Sequence record: MK327935.1
DNA: 64,000 nt
Source of the DNA: Escherichia phage vB_EcoM_G2494
Direction: 5' to 3' (one strand)
Of the stretch, positions 44,090 to 54,255 are shown piece by piece. The translations under genes were made by a program, and so were the position numbers. Below the pieces are notes generated by a model. It did no database searches and was not told the origin of the DNA. It was given only the letters and a program-made list of their open reading frames with translations. The first letter of the stretch is position 1, and every line of letters starts with the position of its first letter.

Positions 44090-44860
44090 ATGAATATTAT
44101 CCGAATAAAACTACCGGAAGGTGTGCAGAGATTTAAACCATTCACGGTAAAAGATTATAGAGATTTCCTTCTGGTGTCAACTGAAATTAAGATGAATCCA
44201 GAAGAAGAACAAACGATTCTGGATGAGCTATTAGAAGAAATATATCCAGAAGTAGATCCGGCATTTCGTGAATATATTTTCCTGAATGTCTTTACTAGTT
44301 CAATTGGTAAAACAAAGATACCGCTTTGTTTTACTTGCCCGACTTGCAACAAAGAAAGAAAAATGTTGCTTAACTTACAGGTTGAAGCACTAAAACCAAT
44401 CGTTCTAGAGGCCGCAGGGCTTAAAATAACTTTCCGGTATGTTAAACCATCAACCGACTATGCAAAAACGTTTCTGGATGCGATAGAGCGTGTATCTGAT
44501 GGTGTTAATGATTATCTATGGACTGAATTACCGGAAGAAGTTAGAGAACAGGTTATAGATTCAATCTCATTTGCTGAATTTGAAGAAGTTGTTAAGCAGA
44601 TGCACACAATCAAGATCGAACAAAAGATATCTTGTTGTGAAAGTCATGACCTGAAATACATAGGTCTTCTTCCATTATTCAAATTGTTGTTGAATCCAGA
44701 TGAGTTATTCATCTTTTATCGAATAAACCATCTATTGGCAAAATCAAATTATTCTATCAGTGATCTTATGGATATGTTACCGATTGAGAGAAACATTGCA
44801 CTGACACTGGTCGAGAAAGACGTAAAAGAGGCAAATAATGCAAAGAACGGGGTTTCCTAA
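44090..44860 (+). CDS. 51: baseplate hub assembly protein gp51
   Basis: 256 aa, position and size. Confidence 0.65.
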   Translation: MNIIRIKLPEGVQRFKPFTVKDYRDFLLVSTEIKMNPEEEQTILDELLEEIYPEVDPAFREYIFLNVFTSSIGKTKIPLCFTCPTCNKERKMLLNLQVEALKPIVLEAAGLKITFRYVKPSTDYAKTFLDAIERVSDGVNDYLWTELPEEVREQVIDSISFAEFEEVVKQMHTIKIEQKISCCESHDLKYIGLLPLFKLLLNPDELFIFYRINHLLAKSNYSISDLMDMLPIERNIALTLVEKDVKEANNAKNGVS

Positions 44861-45947
44861 TGTCTCAATAAAACTTTATCAGGATTATGAGGCATTTCTA
44901 AATCATCGCTTTATAGAATTGGGTGCTACCTTTGTTACAATGACTCTGCGTGATTCGATTCGTGGGGTGAACGAAGGATTGTTGCAATTCTATGATAATA
45001 AGGCGATGCATACAAAATTAAATGGACGAGAGATCATTCAGATTTCGCTATCCACTGCTAATACAGATGAAGTGTTTAACCGAATCTATGGGATCTCTCA
45101 TAGTAATGTAACAATTGACCAAAAATCCGACAACATTTTAACATTCCAGTTAAAGAGCTATCACGAAACACTAAACCTTAAATTTTCTCGCTCATTGACA
45201 AATAACGCTGTTAATAACGTAACTAGCATGATTGATGCCATCTATAAGGAAGTTCCTTTATGGAAACCTACTATAAAGGGTGATAACGTTGTTATTCCTC
45301 GTTGTCCGTGGGTTAGTACCATAAATGACTATATGGATTTTGTGAGGGCATACGGGCAAAGCGTAGAAACAGAGTCTTTCGTGTATTGCTGGGAAGATTT
45401 TGATGGTATAACGATCGCTGGACACGATACAATATTAAAAAATGAGCCAATACCAGCTATAATCTGTGAGCCTAGACTCATGGGGCAATTTATTGATATG
45501 TCGCCTAATCTGATGGTTTTTAATTTCGAGTGGCAGACTAAGAGCAATGCTAAAGTTAAAAATTCATTTAGCAATGTGACATACACAACTATTGATTTTG
45601 TTACTAAGCAGTATAATAAAATTATTGTTGGTAATGGAGATAATATTGCACACTTTGCTCATGGTGGCGCTTATGGCGATTTAACTTATAAGAATGCGTT
45701 TTTGGAAGGTTCTAAACTTGCCACAATAGAACAATATGATTCATATGCTACCGCCGTGTGTCACGGTAATTTCTCGTTGCGCCCCGGTATGGTTATTCGA
45801 TTCTTTGATGAGAAGCAACAAGCACGCAATGATTTTATTGTTGACGAAGTGGTGCATGAAATTAGCCGAGAGCAATCATTAACTCACCTGTATATGATCG
45901 GTAACAGCGAAGAATTACAGGAAGTCAAATTTGAAGGTAAGATATAA
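44838..45947 (+). CDS. 27: baseplate hub subunit gp27
   Basis: 369 aa; similar to T4 gp27 (GFPNVSIKL, MTLRDS, NEG.LQFYD, EIIQIS, THLYM). Confidence 0.85.
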   Translation: MQRTGFPNVSIKLYQDYEAFLNHRFIELGATFVTMTLRDSIRGVNEGLLQFYDNKAMHTKLNGREIIQISLSTANTDEVFNRIYGISHSNVTIDQKSDNILTFQLKSYHETLNLKFSRSLTNNAVNNVTSMIDAIYKEVPLWKPTIKGDNVVIPRCPWVSTINDYMDFVRAYGQSVETESFVYCWEDFDGITIAGHDTILKNEPIPAIICEPRLMGQFIDMSPNLMVFNFEWQTKSNAKVKNSFSNVTYTTIDFVTKQYNKIIVGNGDNIAHFAHGGAYGDLTYKNAFLEGSKLATIEQYDSYATAVCHGNFSLRPGMVIRFFDEKQQARNDFIVDEVVHEISREQSLTHLYMIGNSEELQEVKFEGKI

Positions 45948-46465
45948 TGACAGAAACTAAACCTATGCTAAAATTTGTTGTTCCTGTAAAAAAATTAGAG
46001 ATAAACGGGAAACATATCAAGATCCCAAAAATGGGGATTAAGCAACATCGATTATTAAAAGATGTTCGTAGCTGTGATGAAACATTAAAGATTCTTCTTG
46101 ATTCAATCTGTCCTGGGTTAAACGCTGCCGAGTCTGAATTGGTTATGCTTAACCTTTGTGCGTTTAATGGCAAGTGTCTGGAAGAAAAAGATGGTCTTAA
46201 GCTGTCTGATGTGTATATTTGTACAGAGACTGAATTTACTTTAAATGGTAAAGTCTTTAAATTTAAAAATCCAGTGTATACTTCTGACCCCATTATCGAT
46301 GACGCTGATTTCTTGAGTCATCATTATCACGATCCTAGCGTAGACTTCCATGATTTCCCCGCTTTTATTATGGATTGGGCTACAGGATTAAGAAAAACTA
46401 TTGCACTGGATACACCGGAAGGTACTATCTATGGTGGAATTAACATATTGGATCGCCTATCATGA
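45947..46465 (+). CDS. 28: baseplate hub distal subunit gp28
   Basis: 172 aa, position and size. Confidence 0.65.
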   Translation: MTETKPMLKFVVPVKKLEINGKHIKIPKMGIKQHRLLKDVRSCDETLKILLDSICPGLNAAESELVMLNLCAFNGKCLEEKDGLKLSDVYICTETEFTLNGKVFKFKNPVYTSDPIIDDADFLSHHYHDPSVDFHDFPAFIMDWATGLRKTIALDTPEGTIYGGINILDRLS

Positions 46466-48195
46466 ATAACGCATTAACATCATTTCGCGGGATGCGCAAG
46501 GAAGCGGAAGAAAACCCGATTGATAAACTTAACAAATTAGATAAACTTGATTCTATTGATAATTTGCAAGCTGCTACCGAATTGGTGGCAGAGACAGTAG
46601 AACAAAAATCTAATGAAGTTGTTGGTGCGGTCGAGGATAACACCGCAGCCAATGAATTGACGGCAGAAAATACACAATCTACCGCTGGCAATACCCAAAA
46701 AACTTATGAAGAATTGCAAAAACTCAATAATTTCTCTTCTCAGATGAATGAGAAATTACGTGGTTTTGGTGTTATGATGGAACGTAGATTTGGTGTTGTC
46801 AGTAAAATGGCTAGCGGTATTGGTGCGATTGAAGAAGCATTGAAAAAACCGGAACAACCGCAAACAATGCCATCACCTCAGCCAGTTTTGCCTACTGTAC
46901 CGGAACAGCCTAACAATGACAACTATCAAGGTCTTCCAAAGAAAAAACCAGATGCTGATGACCGAAAGAAAAAGAACGTCACAGATAAGCGTAATGCTGA
47001 TTCTATGGAAAATCTTCTTAAAGTTGTTCGTGGAGGATTTAAAGAAACCATAGGTATCTCTAATAAGGTCTTAGGGATGTTATTTAAGATCACCTTGACC
47101 GCTATGGCAGAAGCCGCAAAATGGGGTGCCATTTTGATGGGTATTGTTTTTGTCATTGATACCCTGATGGTTCATTTCAGATATTGGAGCGATTTATTCG
47201 AGACAAAATTCAGTGAATTTATGGATAAAGCCGGAGAATGGGCTGGACCAATTAGTGATATTCTAACAACTATTCGTCAAGTTCGAGATTATTGGTCTAA
47301 AGGCGAATATGGAGAGTTAATTAAATCTCTTGTTATGGGTATTGGTGATGCATTCTATAAAACCTTTATCCAACTTGATCGAATTATCACTACTGGTATT
47401 GCTAAAATTCTTCGCATGATCCCTGGTATGGGTGATTATGCCGATAAGTTAGAATATGGTGCTTTAAAATCTGCTGTCGCTCAAGGCTATACGCCAAATG
47501 AAAGAGAACTCGAATTAATGGATAAGGTCGAGTCTGAACACGAAGAGGACAAATACGGGGAGCGTACTGGTTGGGCCGGAAAAGCCCGTGATATTGGTGA
47601 GGCTATCGGTGACTCCATTAAAGATAAAGTTAATGAAGGACTTGTTAGTCTGGGATGGAGAGATCAAAAGGATGTTGACGCAGAGAAGCGACAAGAAGAA
47701 TTAAAGCGCGGGGAATATGAGTCTGTTTCTGCTGAACAACGATCTGCTAGTCGTAAACTTAGAATTAAAAGTGAGGGCGCGATCAATAATATTAATGAAG
47801 TTATGGAGAACTTGAGCGGTGACTATGACAAAGAAAGAATGGGAGAGTTGAAAAGGGATATTGATGTTTACCGTGAGAAAGTTCAAGATCCTACATTAGT
47901 TGAAAGTGATCGTTCTCAGTTAGAGCGTCTTATTGAAAAATTTGATGAGATGTATGCTGATAAGACTAAGGGTGTTGTGCAAACACAGCCGGTTCCTGCA
48001 ACTGAAACGGAAACAGCAAAACAAGCGGAGCGTACTGAACAAATGCAGAAACAAGCTGCAATCCAGCAACAAACGACAAATCAGACCTCAAACGTAAATA
48101 ATACACAAATTGTAACAAACAATAGAACTATTAAACAGGGTGCACCAACAACTAGAATTGATGCCCCCGGTACAATTAATATGGGGAACTTTTAA
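46462..48195 (+). CDS. 29: baseplate hub / tail length determinator gp29
   Basis: 577 aa, position and size. Confidence 0.7.
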   Translation: MNNALTSFRGMRKEAEENPIDKLNKLDKLDSIDNLQAATELVAETVEQKSNEVVGAVEDNTAANELTAENTQSTAGNTQKTYEELQKLNNFSSQMNEKLRGFGVMMERRFGVVSKMASGIGAIEEALKKPEQPQTMPSPQPVLPTVPEQPNNDNYQGLPKKKPDADDRKKKNVTDKRNADSMENLLKVVRGGFKETIGISNKVLGMLFKITLTAMAEAAKWGAILMGIVFVIDTLMVHFRYWSDLFETKFSEFMDKAGEWAGPISDILTTIRQVRDYWSKGEYGELIKSLVMGIGDAFYKTFIQLDRIITTGIAKILRMIPGMGDYADKLEYGALKSAVAQGYTPNERELELMDKVESEHEEDKYGERTGWAGKARDIGEAIGDSIKDKVNEGLVSLGWRDQKDVDAEKRQEELKRGEYESVSAEQRSASRKLRIKSEGAINNINEVMENLSGDYDKERMGELKRDIDVYREKVQDPTLVESDRSQLERLIEKFDEMYADKTKGVVQTQPVPATETETAKQAERTEQMQKQAAIQQQTTNQTSNVNNTQIVTNNRTIKQGAPTTRIDAPGTINMGNF

Positions 48196-49253
48196 TGAAA
48201 ATTAGTGTTATCAATGATGCCGTTGATAGCTTTAAAGCGGGGGTTAAAACCTCCGCTGGTTTTACCTCAAAAAATAAAGGGAAAACATTAACCGCTCAAT
48301 TCCCCGCTGAACGTGCTAGCGGTAATGATGCTAGCGGTTATTATATCAACGACTTATATAATAATGGTCTGTTATTCACTGCATACGATTACACATCTCG
48401 TACTACTGGATCGCTGCGTGATTTCAGGAAAAAGAAAAATGTTGCTAGCGGTTTTGGCGGTAGCGTTAATATCGCTGGTTTTGATTTAAATTTGGGTGGG
48501 AGAAATGCTGCATTTGACCGAGAGGCAATTGCTAATATTCTTCTTCCTCGTAGTCAATCTGACGTTGACGCTGCCAGCCATAAGTTTAATGATGTTGGTG
48601 AATCTGTTATTTCTCGCGGCGGTGGTACTTTAGGCGGTGCTCTTTCTAATATGGCATCTACTGCCGTTTTTGGTGGTATCGAAAGTATTACTGGTGGATA
48701 CCTTGCCGATCACGGTGAACAGATTTATAATACTGCGCGAAGCATGTATGCGGGTGCTGACGCACGAACGAAAAACTACGTATGGCATCTAACCCCACGT
48801 AGTATTGAAGACCTTCGCAATATTCTGATCATATACGAAACGTTTTTAGAATTGTCTTATGGTTCTAGTGGTATTTCCAGCACCGCAAAAGAATTAAAAG
48901 CGGAAGTTGATGCGTGGTATAAAAATACACTATTGAGAAAATCCACTCCAGAGGAAGCGAAGAGAAATGATACTCTGTTTGAAGGGATCACCGATTTTCT
49001 ATCAAACGTAATTACTGTATCTAACCCGACAATATGGATGATCTCTAACTTCGGCAAGCGTACATCGTTTGAAGGGCGTAGCGATGCATTTGGTCCCGCT
49101 CAGATCTCAAGTGTACGTCTGGACAAGTCGCCTGATGGTAAGTTTAATGGCCTTGCTATTTCTCCTAACTTGCCGAGTACCTTTGTTCTGGAAGTAACAT
49201 TTAGAGAGATCTTGACACTTTCCCGTGGTACTATATTTGGGAGTGCGGCATAA
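48195..49253 (+). CDS. 48: baseplate tail tube cap gp48
   Basis: 352 aa, position and size. Confidence 0.7.
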   Translation: MKISVINDAVDSFKAGVKTSAGFTSKNKGKTLTAQFPAERASGNDASGYYINDLYNNGLLFTAYDYTSRTTGSLRDFRKKKNVASGFGGSVNIAGFDLNLGGRNAAFDREAIANILLPRSQSDVDAASHKFNDVGESVISRGGGTLGGALSNMASTAVFGGIESITGGYLADHGEQIYNTARSMYAGADARTKNYVWHLTPRSIEDLRNILIIYETFLELSYGSSGISSTAKELKAEVDAWYKNTLLRKSTPEEAKRNDTLFEGITDFLSNVITVSNPTIWMISNFGKRTSFEGRSDAFGPAQISSVRLDKSPDGKFNGLAISPNLPSTFVLEVTFREILTLSRGTIFGSAA

Positions 49254-50185
49254 TGTTTGATTTAAATGACTTTAACGAACAAGCCGCTAACCTTGACTTT
49301 CAGCGATCTAACTTATTCAGCGTGGCATTTGCCACCACTCCAAGTAATAAGACACAAGCGATCCTAGAAAGTATGGGTGGTGCGGTATATGATATTATAC
49401 CAAATGCATTAAATGACTATTTCGGGATTACTCGTGGTGATTATACTGACGCATTAACAAATCTTGCTGTACAGGGTGTTAGGCGTGCTGTTGATTCATC
49501 TGGTGTCAAAAAGTATCTTTTAGGTGCAATGTCATCCCGCGTAGTTCAATCTCTTCTGGGGCAATTTGATGTTGGTACGTATGCTCTTGACTGGTTCAAT
49601 ATGGCATATAAGACAAGCGGTCTTCTGGTGTATGCTGTTAAGGTTCCAGAAAACAGATTGAATTATGAAATGGACCGCAACCACAATGCGCCAAACATTC
49701 GAATTACCGGACGTGATTTTGATCCGCTTGTATTGAGCTTTAGAATGGACTCTAGCGCATCAAACTATAGAGCAATGCAGGATTGGGTTAACTCAGTAGA
49801 AGACCCCGTTACAGGGCTTCGTGCGCTTCCTGTTGACGTTGAAGCAGATATTCAGGTTAACTTACATAACCGAATGGGAGTTCCTCACACGATCATGATG
49901 TTTAATGGTTGTGTTCCTGTTGGTGTGAGTGCACCGGAATTAACCTATGAAAATAACAACGAAATTACAACATTCGATGTTACTTTCGCATATCGTTCTA
50001 TGCAAACTGGTGCTGTAGGAGAGCAAGCCGCGCGAGAATGGATTGAGGATAAGGCAATAAACGCAATAACAAACACTTTCGGCAATAATTTACTTGATAG
50101 TGGGTTATCTGCTGCTGGTAATGCTTTATCGCGTCTAAATGGCGTTGGTGGGCGTGTGGTGAATACTGTCACTAACTGGTTCTGA
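49253..50185 (+). CDS. 54: baseplate tail tube initiator gp54
   Basis: 310 aa, position and size. Confidence 0.7.
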   Translation: MFDLNDFNEQAANLDFQRSNLFSVAFATTPSNKTQAILESMGGAVYDIIPNALNDYFGITRGDYTDALTNLAVQGVRRAVDSSGVKKYLLGAMSSRVVQSLLGQFDVGTYALDWFNMAYKTSGLLVYAVKVPENRLNYEMDRNHNAPNIRITGRDFDPLVLSFRMDSSASNYRAMQDWVNSVEDPVTGLRALPVDVEADIQVNLHNRMGVPHTIMMFNGCVPVGVSAPELTYENNNEITTFDVTFAYRSMQTGAVGEQAAREWIEDKAINAITNTFGNNLLDSGLSAAGNALSRLNGVGGRVVNTVTNWF

Positions 50186-50194
50186 TAAGCGAAA

Positions 50195-50220
50195 GGCGGG
50201 GATTATCCCCCGCCTTTTTA
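50195..50220. terminator. terminator hairpin between convergent gp54 and lipoprotein gene
   Basis: GGCGGGGATTATCCCCCGCC followed by TTTTT. Confidence 0.65.
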
Positions 50221-50703
50221 TTTTGCTAAATCATTGCAATATTTTAGTGCCTTAGTTTGAAATTCTGCGCTGTTAAGTTCTTCATAACGGTCATAATCAC
50301 CGTTTAATGCTGCCTTTCTTGCTTCTTGCTCTATCTGCATGTCAGACATGATAATACAGCGATCCCGTGCTTTCATCTTCTCAAGTTGTATAGACTCTTC
50401 TTTCTGCTTGCGCAATTCTTCTTGACGCTTCTTTTCTTCTTGTGCTTTCTCTTCCCGCGCTTCTTTGATTGCATCCTTGAACATCTGCGTTTGTGGTGCT
50501 AAACCAACTTTAACGCGATCTACGTCTCGACGTTCCATTTTAGAAATAAAGCATGATTCGATCTTATCATCACTTGCATATGTTGCTTTACATTCACGAA
50601 GCAAGAAAACCGGATCTGATTTAGCATTCATCATAGCTTCCATGTTAGCACAACCAGTAAGCATGAATACAGCCGCAAGACCAATTAGTTTAATCATTTT
50701 CAT
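50218..50703 (-). CDS. lipoprotein
   Basis: 161 aa; signal peptide with lipobox LTGC; Glu/Lys-rich helical middle. Confidence 0.6.
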   Translation of the reverse strand: MKMIKLIGLAAVFMLTGCANMEAMMNAKSDPVFLLRECKATYASDDKIESCFISKMERRDVDRVKVGLAPQTQMFKDAIKEAREEKAQEEKKRQEELRKQKEESIQLEKMKARDRCIIMSDMQIEQEARKAALNGDYDRYEELNSAEFQTKALKYCNDLAK

Positions 50704-51524
50704 TTAGTCACCTCACCGAAAATTGTAAATTGTCTACGATTCTCATCGCCGAAAGATTCTACTACGTCGTTTACCTTGACGCAAGTCCCGCGCGGTAAAA
50801 TTACTTCACATTCGCAAGGGTTCCATGCAATGGACCCAACAACAAAACCTTTATGATCTTTTACATCAATCACCCATGATACATTACAAGAATGTTGCAT
50901 CTTTCCGGTCATTGATTCATATCGATTCTCACAATAAAGGCTAGTGCTGTTTGAAAGCCATCCTCCAAAGATGATCGGTGTCATGCTAGTAGATACAAAG
51001 TTTTTAAAGGTAAATTCCTTATCTTCAATAATACGCTCTATTGTCTGAATGTCAAGATGTTGACCGCGATAAAGAGTACCGTTTAACTTTTCGGTTTTAT
51101 CCATGACACAATCCATCAAATCAACAATCTCTGATATCTCATCGGTCATGTCTTCTTCCCCTAAGAGAGCACCATTTACCCATTCGTATTGTTCAGACAC
51201 ATAATCACAGATTGCATTATATTCTGCTGGGGTTATGTTGTTATGTTTGTAATGTTTGAATACATTATCTCCAAAGTCTTCGGAGTGTACTTCATACATC
51301 ACATTAATGATTTTCTTTACAAATCCATAATCTTGTGTCTCGCGCTCAAGGAAGCGGATAACCTTCACATAATCATCAAAGTTAATCTGATCGCTGATCA
51401 TTTCAGTGATCATGTAACCATTAATACCATCAATGTCATATGTTTCGATGTAATTATCCATACGTTCCATCATTGATTCGCGTGATTCTTCCGAAAGACG
51501 AAAATCCTGTAATTTCTTGAACAT
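50700..51524 (-). CDS. ADP-ribosyltransferase, short Alt/Mod-like paralog
   Basis: 274 aa; R-S-ExE motifs (LYRGQ, FVSTS, ECEVILPRG). Confidence 0.7.
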   Translation of the reverse strand: MFKKLQDFRLSEESRESMMERMDNYIETYDIDGINGYMITEMISDQINFDDYVKVIRFLERETQDYGFVKKIINVMYEVHSEDFGDNVFKHYKHNNITPAEYNAICDYVSEQYEWVNGALLGEEDMTDEISEIVDLMDCVMDKTEKLNGTLYRGQHLDIQTIERIIEDKEFTFKNFVSTSMTPIIFGGWLSNSTSLYCENRYESMTGKMQHSCNVSWVIDVKDHKGFVVGSIAWNPCECEVILPRGTCVKVNDVVESFGDENRRQFTIFGEVTK

Positions 51525-51546
51525 TTTAAACCTCCCATATAACAGA

Positions 51547-51585
51547 AAACGGGGCTAGTATAAAACTAGTCCCCGTTTGAGTCAA
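51547..51585 (-). promoter_or_regulatory. overlapping terminator hairpin and sigma70-type promoter
   Basis: minus strand TTGACT, 17-nt spacer, TATACT; spacer and -10 lie inside hairpin AAACGGGGCTAGT...ACTAGTCCCCGTTT. Confidence 0.5.
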
Positions 51586-51602
51586 CCATTATTTCTTAAA
51601 AA

Positions 51603-53654
51603 TTACATTTTAAATTTATCTGGCATTGCGTCTACCGATACCAGATCAGCGATAAGCTGACGTAGAGTTGCCTTATCTGCTTTCTTACGTTCGGTTTTAG
51701 CTTCGGTAATAAATCTGGAGAAAGACAGGTCAGAAGCAGGTTTAACAACACCTTCACGGATGAATGCATCACCGTCCGCGATCATCTCACCAGATTCTTG
51801 TAATGCTGCCAGTTCATTTTTGTTCATAATATGTGCCTCAATGTAATAAGTTTCTTGTGAATCCGTCGATGCCGTAGCACGAGTTACCGTATCAAAGGAT
51901 AACACAACACCGCGAGGAAGTAAAATCTCGCATTCTTTGTAAGCAAATGCTTTGTTACCTACTGGCAACACAGGGATGTTTTCCGCGCCAGCAATGGAGA
52001 AAGCAACATTAGCGCCACCTTCACCGCGAGAGCCAGCCATAGAATCAACACCAGCAACGGCACTAGCCACGTTTGCATTCCAGCCGCCAAAAATGTTAGG
52101 TGCAAGGGAAGTGCTCACATAGTTTTTAAAGTAAAACGCTTTTTGCTTACGTGCAGTTTCCCACATTTGCGACCGGAAGTCCATACCACGATACAGAATA
52201 GTACCCGGATCAAGTTTAACGCCATAGTTGGAGAAGGCATTATCCAGTGCATCACACATCTTGACCAATTCTTCTGGATCTGCGATGCCTTCAAACTCTT
52301 CCAGCTTACGGTCGGTTAGGAAGTTGTTCATATTGATGTATGCTGCATCGGCATATTCGCTCAACACAAAACCTTCCGCGCCTGGCAGATCAAGATCAAT
52401 ATTTGCCATCATTTCACCCATGTTGCTAGCAATTGCTTCAAACATACCGGAAGCAACATTACGTAGGGCATCGGTTTTAATCTGGGTGATATGACTACGC
52501 AGCATTTCAGCTTTTACATCTGCTGGCATAGACTGGTCTACTCGATCCATTGCCAGGGCGGTGATCTTGTTTTCGAATACTTCCTCGCTCATGATTTCTT
52601 TTAAGCGTTTGATTGATGCTGCGATAACTTCCGCAGACAACGGATCATATTGATCCTGAACTTTTACCAGTTCGCTTACTGCGTATTTTGCATCGGCTTC
52701 GCTTTCAAAAATAGTACGCATGAAACCATAGCGAGTGATAATATCACTTGTCCATTCATTCAGAGAACGGGCGGTTGAACGTTCTAAGGCTTGACGATCA
52801 ATCAGAGTATTAAACTGTTTCTTAGGTTCGGCTTCGGTGATATCTTCTTCCGGTTTAAGATTAATTTTTTCTGGATGATTCACATAGTCGCTGTTATAGG
52901 TCGCTTGAGTTTTCAGCATTTCTTCTTTAGTCAAACGAGATTTAGCCGCTACGCGTTGTTCCGCTTCCGCGTTTCGTTCTTCTTCTGACACCAGACTAGC
53001 CGCATACGCCTCATCTTTAGTCAGAGATTCACCAGTAGCCTTAGATACCCAGCGATCACCTAAATCACTTTCTACTTTAGTGAACAAGGAATCATCAAGT
53101 TTAATCCCTTTAATCTTATCAATCGCCATACCGCGACGTTTGACAACAACTAAAGCGATCTTTTTGCTGGTCATTACTTCCTGCTGGAATACTTCAAACT
53201 TCGGTGTACGACGCACCAAACGCTCTATAACGCGCTTAACCAGTTCGGTCTTACCTTTCATGCGGGATACGTTAAAACGGAACATAACAGCGTCTAATTG
53301 CGCTTTACGGGCTGTTTCCATAACCACATCAAAAGCACTTGCCATAACTGCAATCGGGTTATCGCCTAGACCATTTTTAAGCTGTACAATACGACCGCTT
53401 TTGTTCATTTCGCACAGTACAACATGTGCGGTCTTGTCACCCATACGAATGATTTTAGGTGTTTTGTTGGTGAAGTTACAAAGACGGACAATCACATCTT
53501 TATCGCGTGTCTGTACTGCAAAAAGCTGTTTAGGATTCTGCTTAGGCTTTAAGCACTGTACCGGAGCAATACTGCCAAAGTTTTCTTCCTCTTCCGTCAA
53601 CAGCCATTTCTCGAAAGATTCAATCATTAGATCGTCGATTTCTAAGTTAAACAT
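51603..53654 (-). CDS. alt: Alt ADP-ribosyltransferase
   Basis: 683 aa (T4 Alt 682 aa); C-terminal ART motifs ILYRGMDF, YVSTSL, ECEILLPRG. Confidence 0.8.
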   Translation of the reverse strand: MFNLEIDDLMIESFEKWLLTEEEENFGSIAPVQCLKPKQNPKQLFAVQTRDKDVIVRLCNFTNKTPKIIRMGDKTAHVVLCEMNKSGRIVQLKNGLGDNPIAVMASAFDVVMETARKAQLDAVMFRFNVSRMKGKTELVKRVIERLVRRTPKFEVFQQEVMTSKKIALVVVKRRGMAIDKIKGIKLDDSLFTKVESDLGDRWVSKATGESLTKDEAYAASLVSEEERNAEAEQRVAAKSRLTKEEMLKTQATYNSDYVNHPEKINLKPEEDITEAEPKKQFNTLIDRQALERSTARSLNEWTSDIITRYGFMRTIFESEADAKYAVSELVKVQDQYDPLSAEVIAASIKRLKEIMSEEVFENKITALAMDRVDQSMPADVKAEMLRSHITQIKTDALRNVASGMFEAIASNMGEMMANIDLDLPGAEGFVLSEYADAAYINMNNFLTDRKLEEFEGIADPEELVKMCDALDNAFSNYGVKLDPGTILYRGMDFRSQMWETARKQKAFYFKNYVSTSLAPNIFGGWNANVASAVAGVDSMAGSRGEGGANVAFSIAGAENIPVLPVGNKAFAYKECEILLPRGVVLSFDTVTRATASTDSQETYYIEAHIMNKNELAALQESGEMIADGDAFIREGVVKPASDLSFSRFITEAKTERKKADKATLRQLIADLVSVDAMPDKFKM

Positions 53655-53722
53655 TTTATATCCTCTAGTTGATAACCTATAAACCTATATTTATGAAAAC
53701 GGGGCTTAACGCCCCCTTTTTA

Positions 53723-53935
53723 TTATAATGCACCATCGAGCAATTGCTCTAAGGTGTATCCTGAATAGTCTTTTTCAATCAGGATATATTTTCCTACTCG
53801 TTTAATACAACCGCGCATTTCAACGTATTCTGCGTAGTTGATGGTACGAGTTGTTCCATCTTCCAGTAATGCAGTACCGATTTCGTTAATGCGGTCATAA
53901 GTTACGTCGGTAATGATGATTTCGATGTTAGCCAT
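53723..53935 (-). CDS. hypothetical small early protein
   Basis: 70 aa; early promoter and SD upstream. Confidence 0.4.
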   Translation of the reverse strand: MANIEIIITDVTYDRINEIGTALLEDGTTRTINYAEYVEMRGCIKRVGKYILIEKDYSGYTLEQLLDGAL

Positions 53936-53961
53936 TTGATACTCCTTAGTAGTTCGTTTCT

Positions 53962-53990
53962 GTATGTGTGTATTATGATATACACCCTCT
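53962..53990 (-). promoter_or_regulatory. sigma70-type early promoter
   Basis: minus strand GTTGTTGACA, 17 nt, CATAAT. Confidence 0.6.
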
Positions 53991-54005
53991 GTTATGTCAA
54001 CAACT

Positions 54006-54185
54006 TTTAGAACATTTTTGAAATTAATTCTGCTTTGATTTCGCAGAGAACATCTAAAGATTTCTCGTCACCCGCTTTTGCTGCTTCTGCTTGCATTTTT
54101 GAAATGGCTTCAATCTCAGTGCAATTATAAGCCGCTTGAACTTTAGCGATTGCGAGGATTGCCGATTCGATGGTTAAGTGTTTTA
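54006..54185 (-). CDS. small early ORF lacking a canonical start codon (ATA where paralogous contexts have ATG)
   Basis: conserved RBS GGAGAATCAAAC then ATA AAA CAC...; 60-codon open frame; early promoter upstream. Confidence 0.3.
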
Positions 54186-54217
54186 TGTTTGATTCTCCTT
54201 TCGTTTCGGTATGTGTG

Positions 54218-54246
54218 TATTATAGGGGATCGATGATCCCCTGTCA
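54218..54246 (-). promoter_or_regulatory. sigma70-type early promoter with palindromic spacer
   Basis: TTGACA-ggggatcatcgatcccc-TATAAT on minus strand. Confidence 0.65.
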
Positions 54247-54255
54247 ACAACTTTT

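Noticed and set aside
53080-53682. 200-aa plus-strand ORF
   Set aside because: Lies entirely inside alt on the opposite strand; no start signals.
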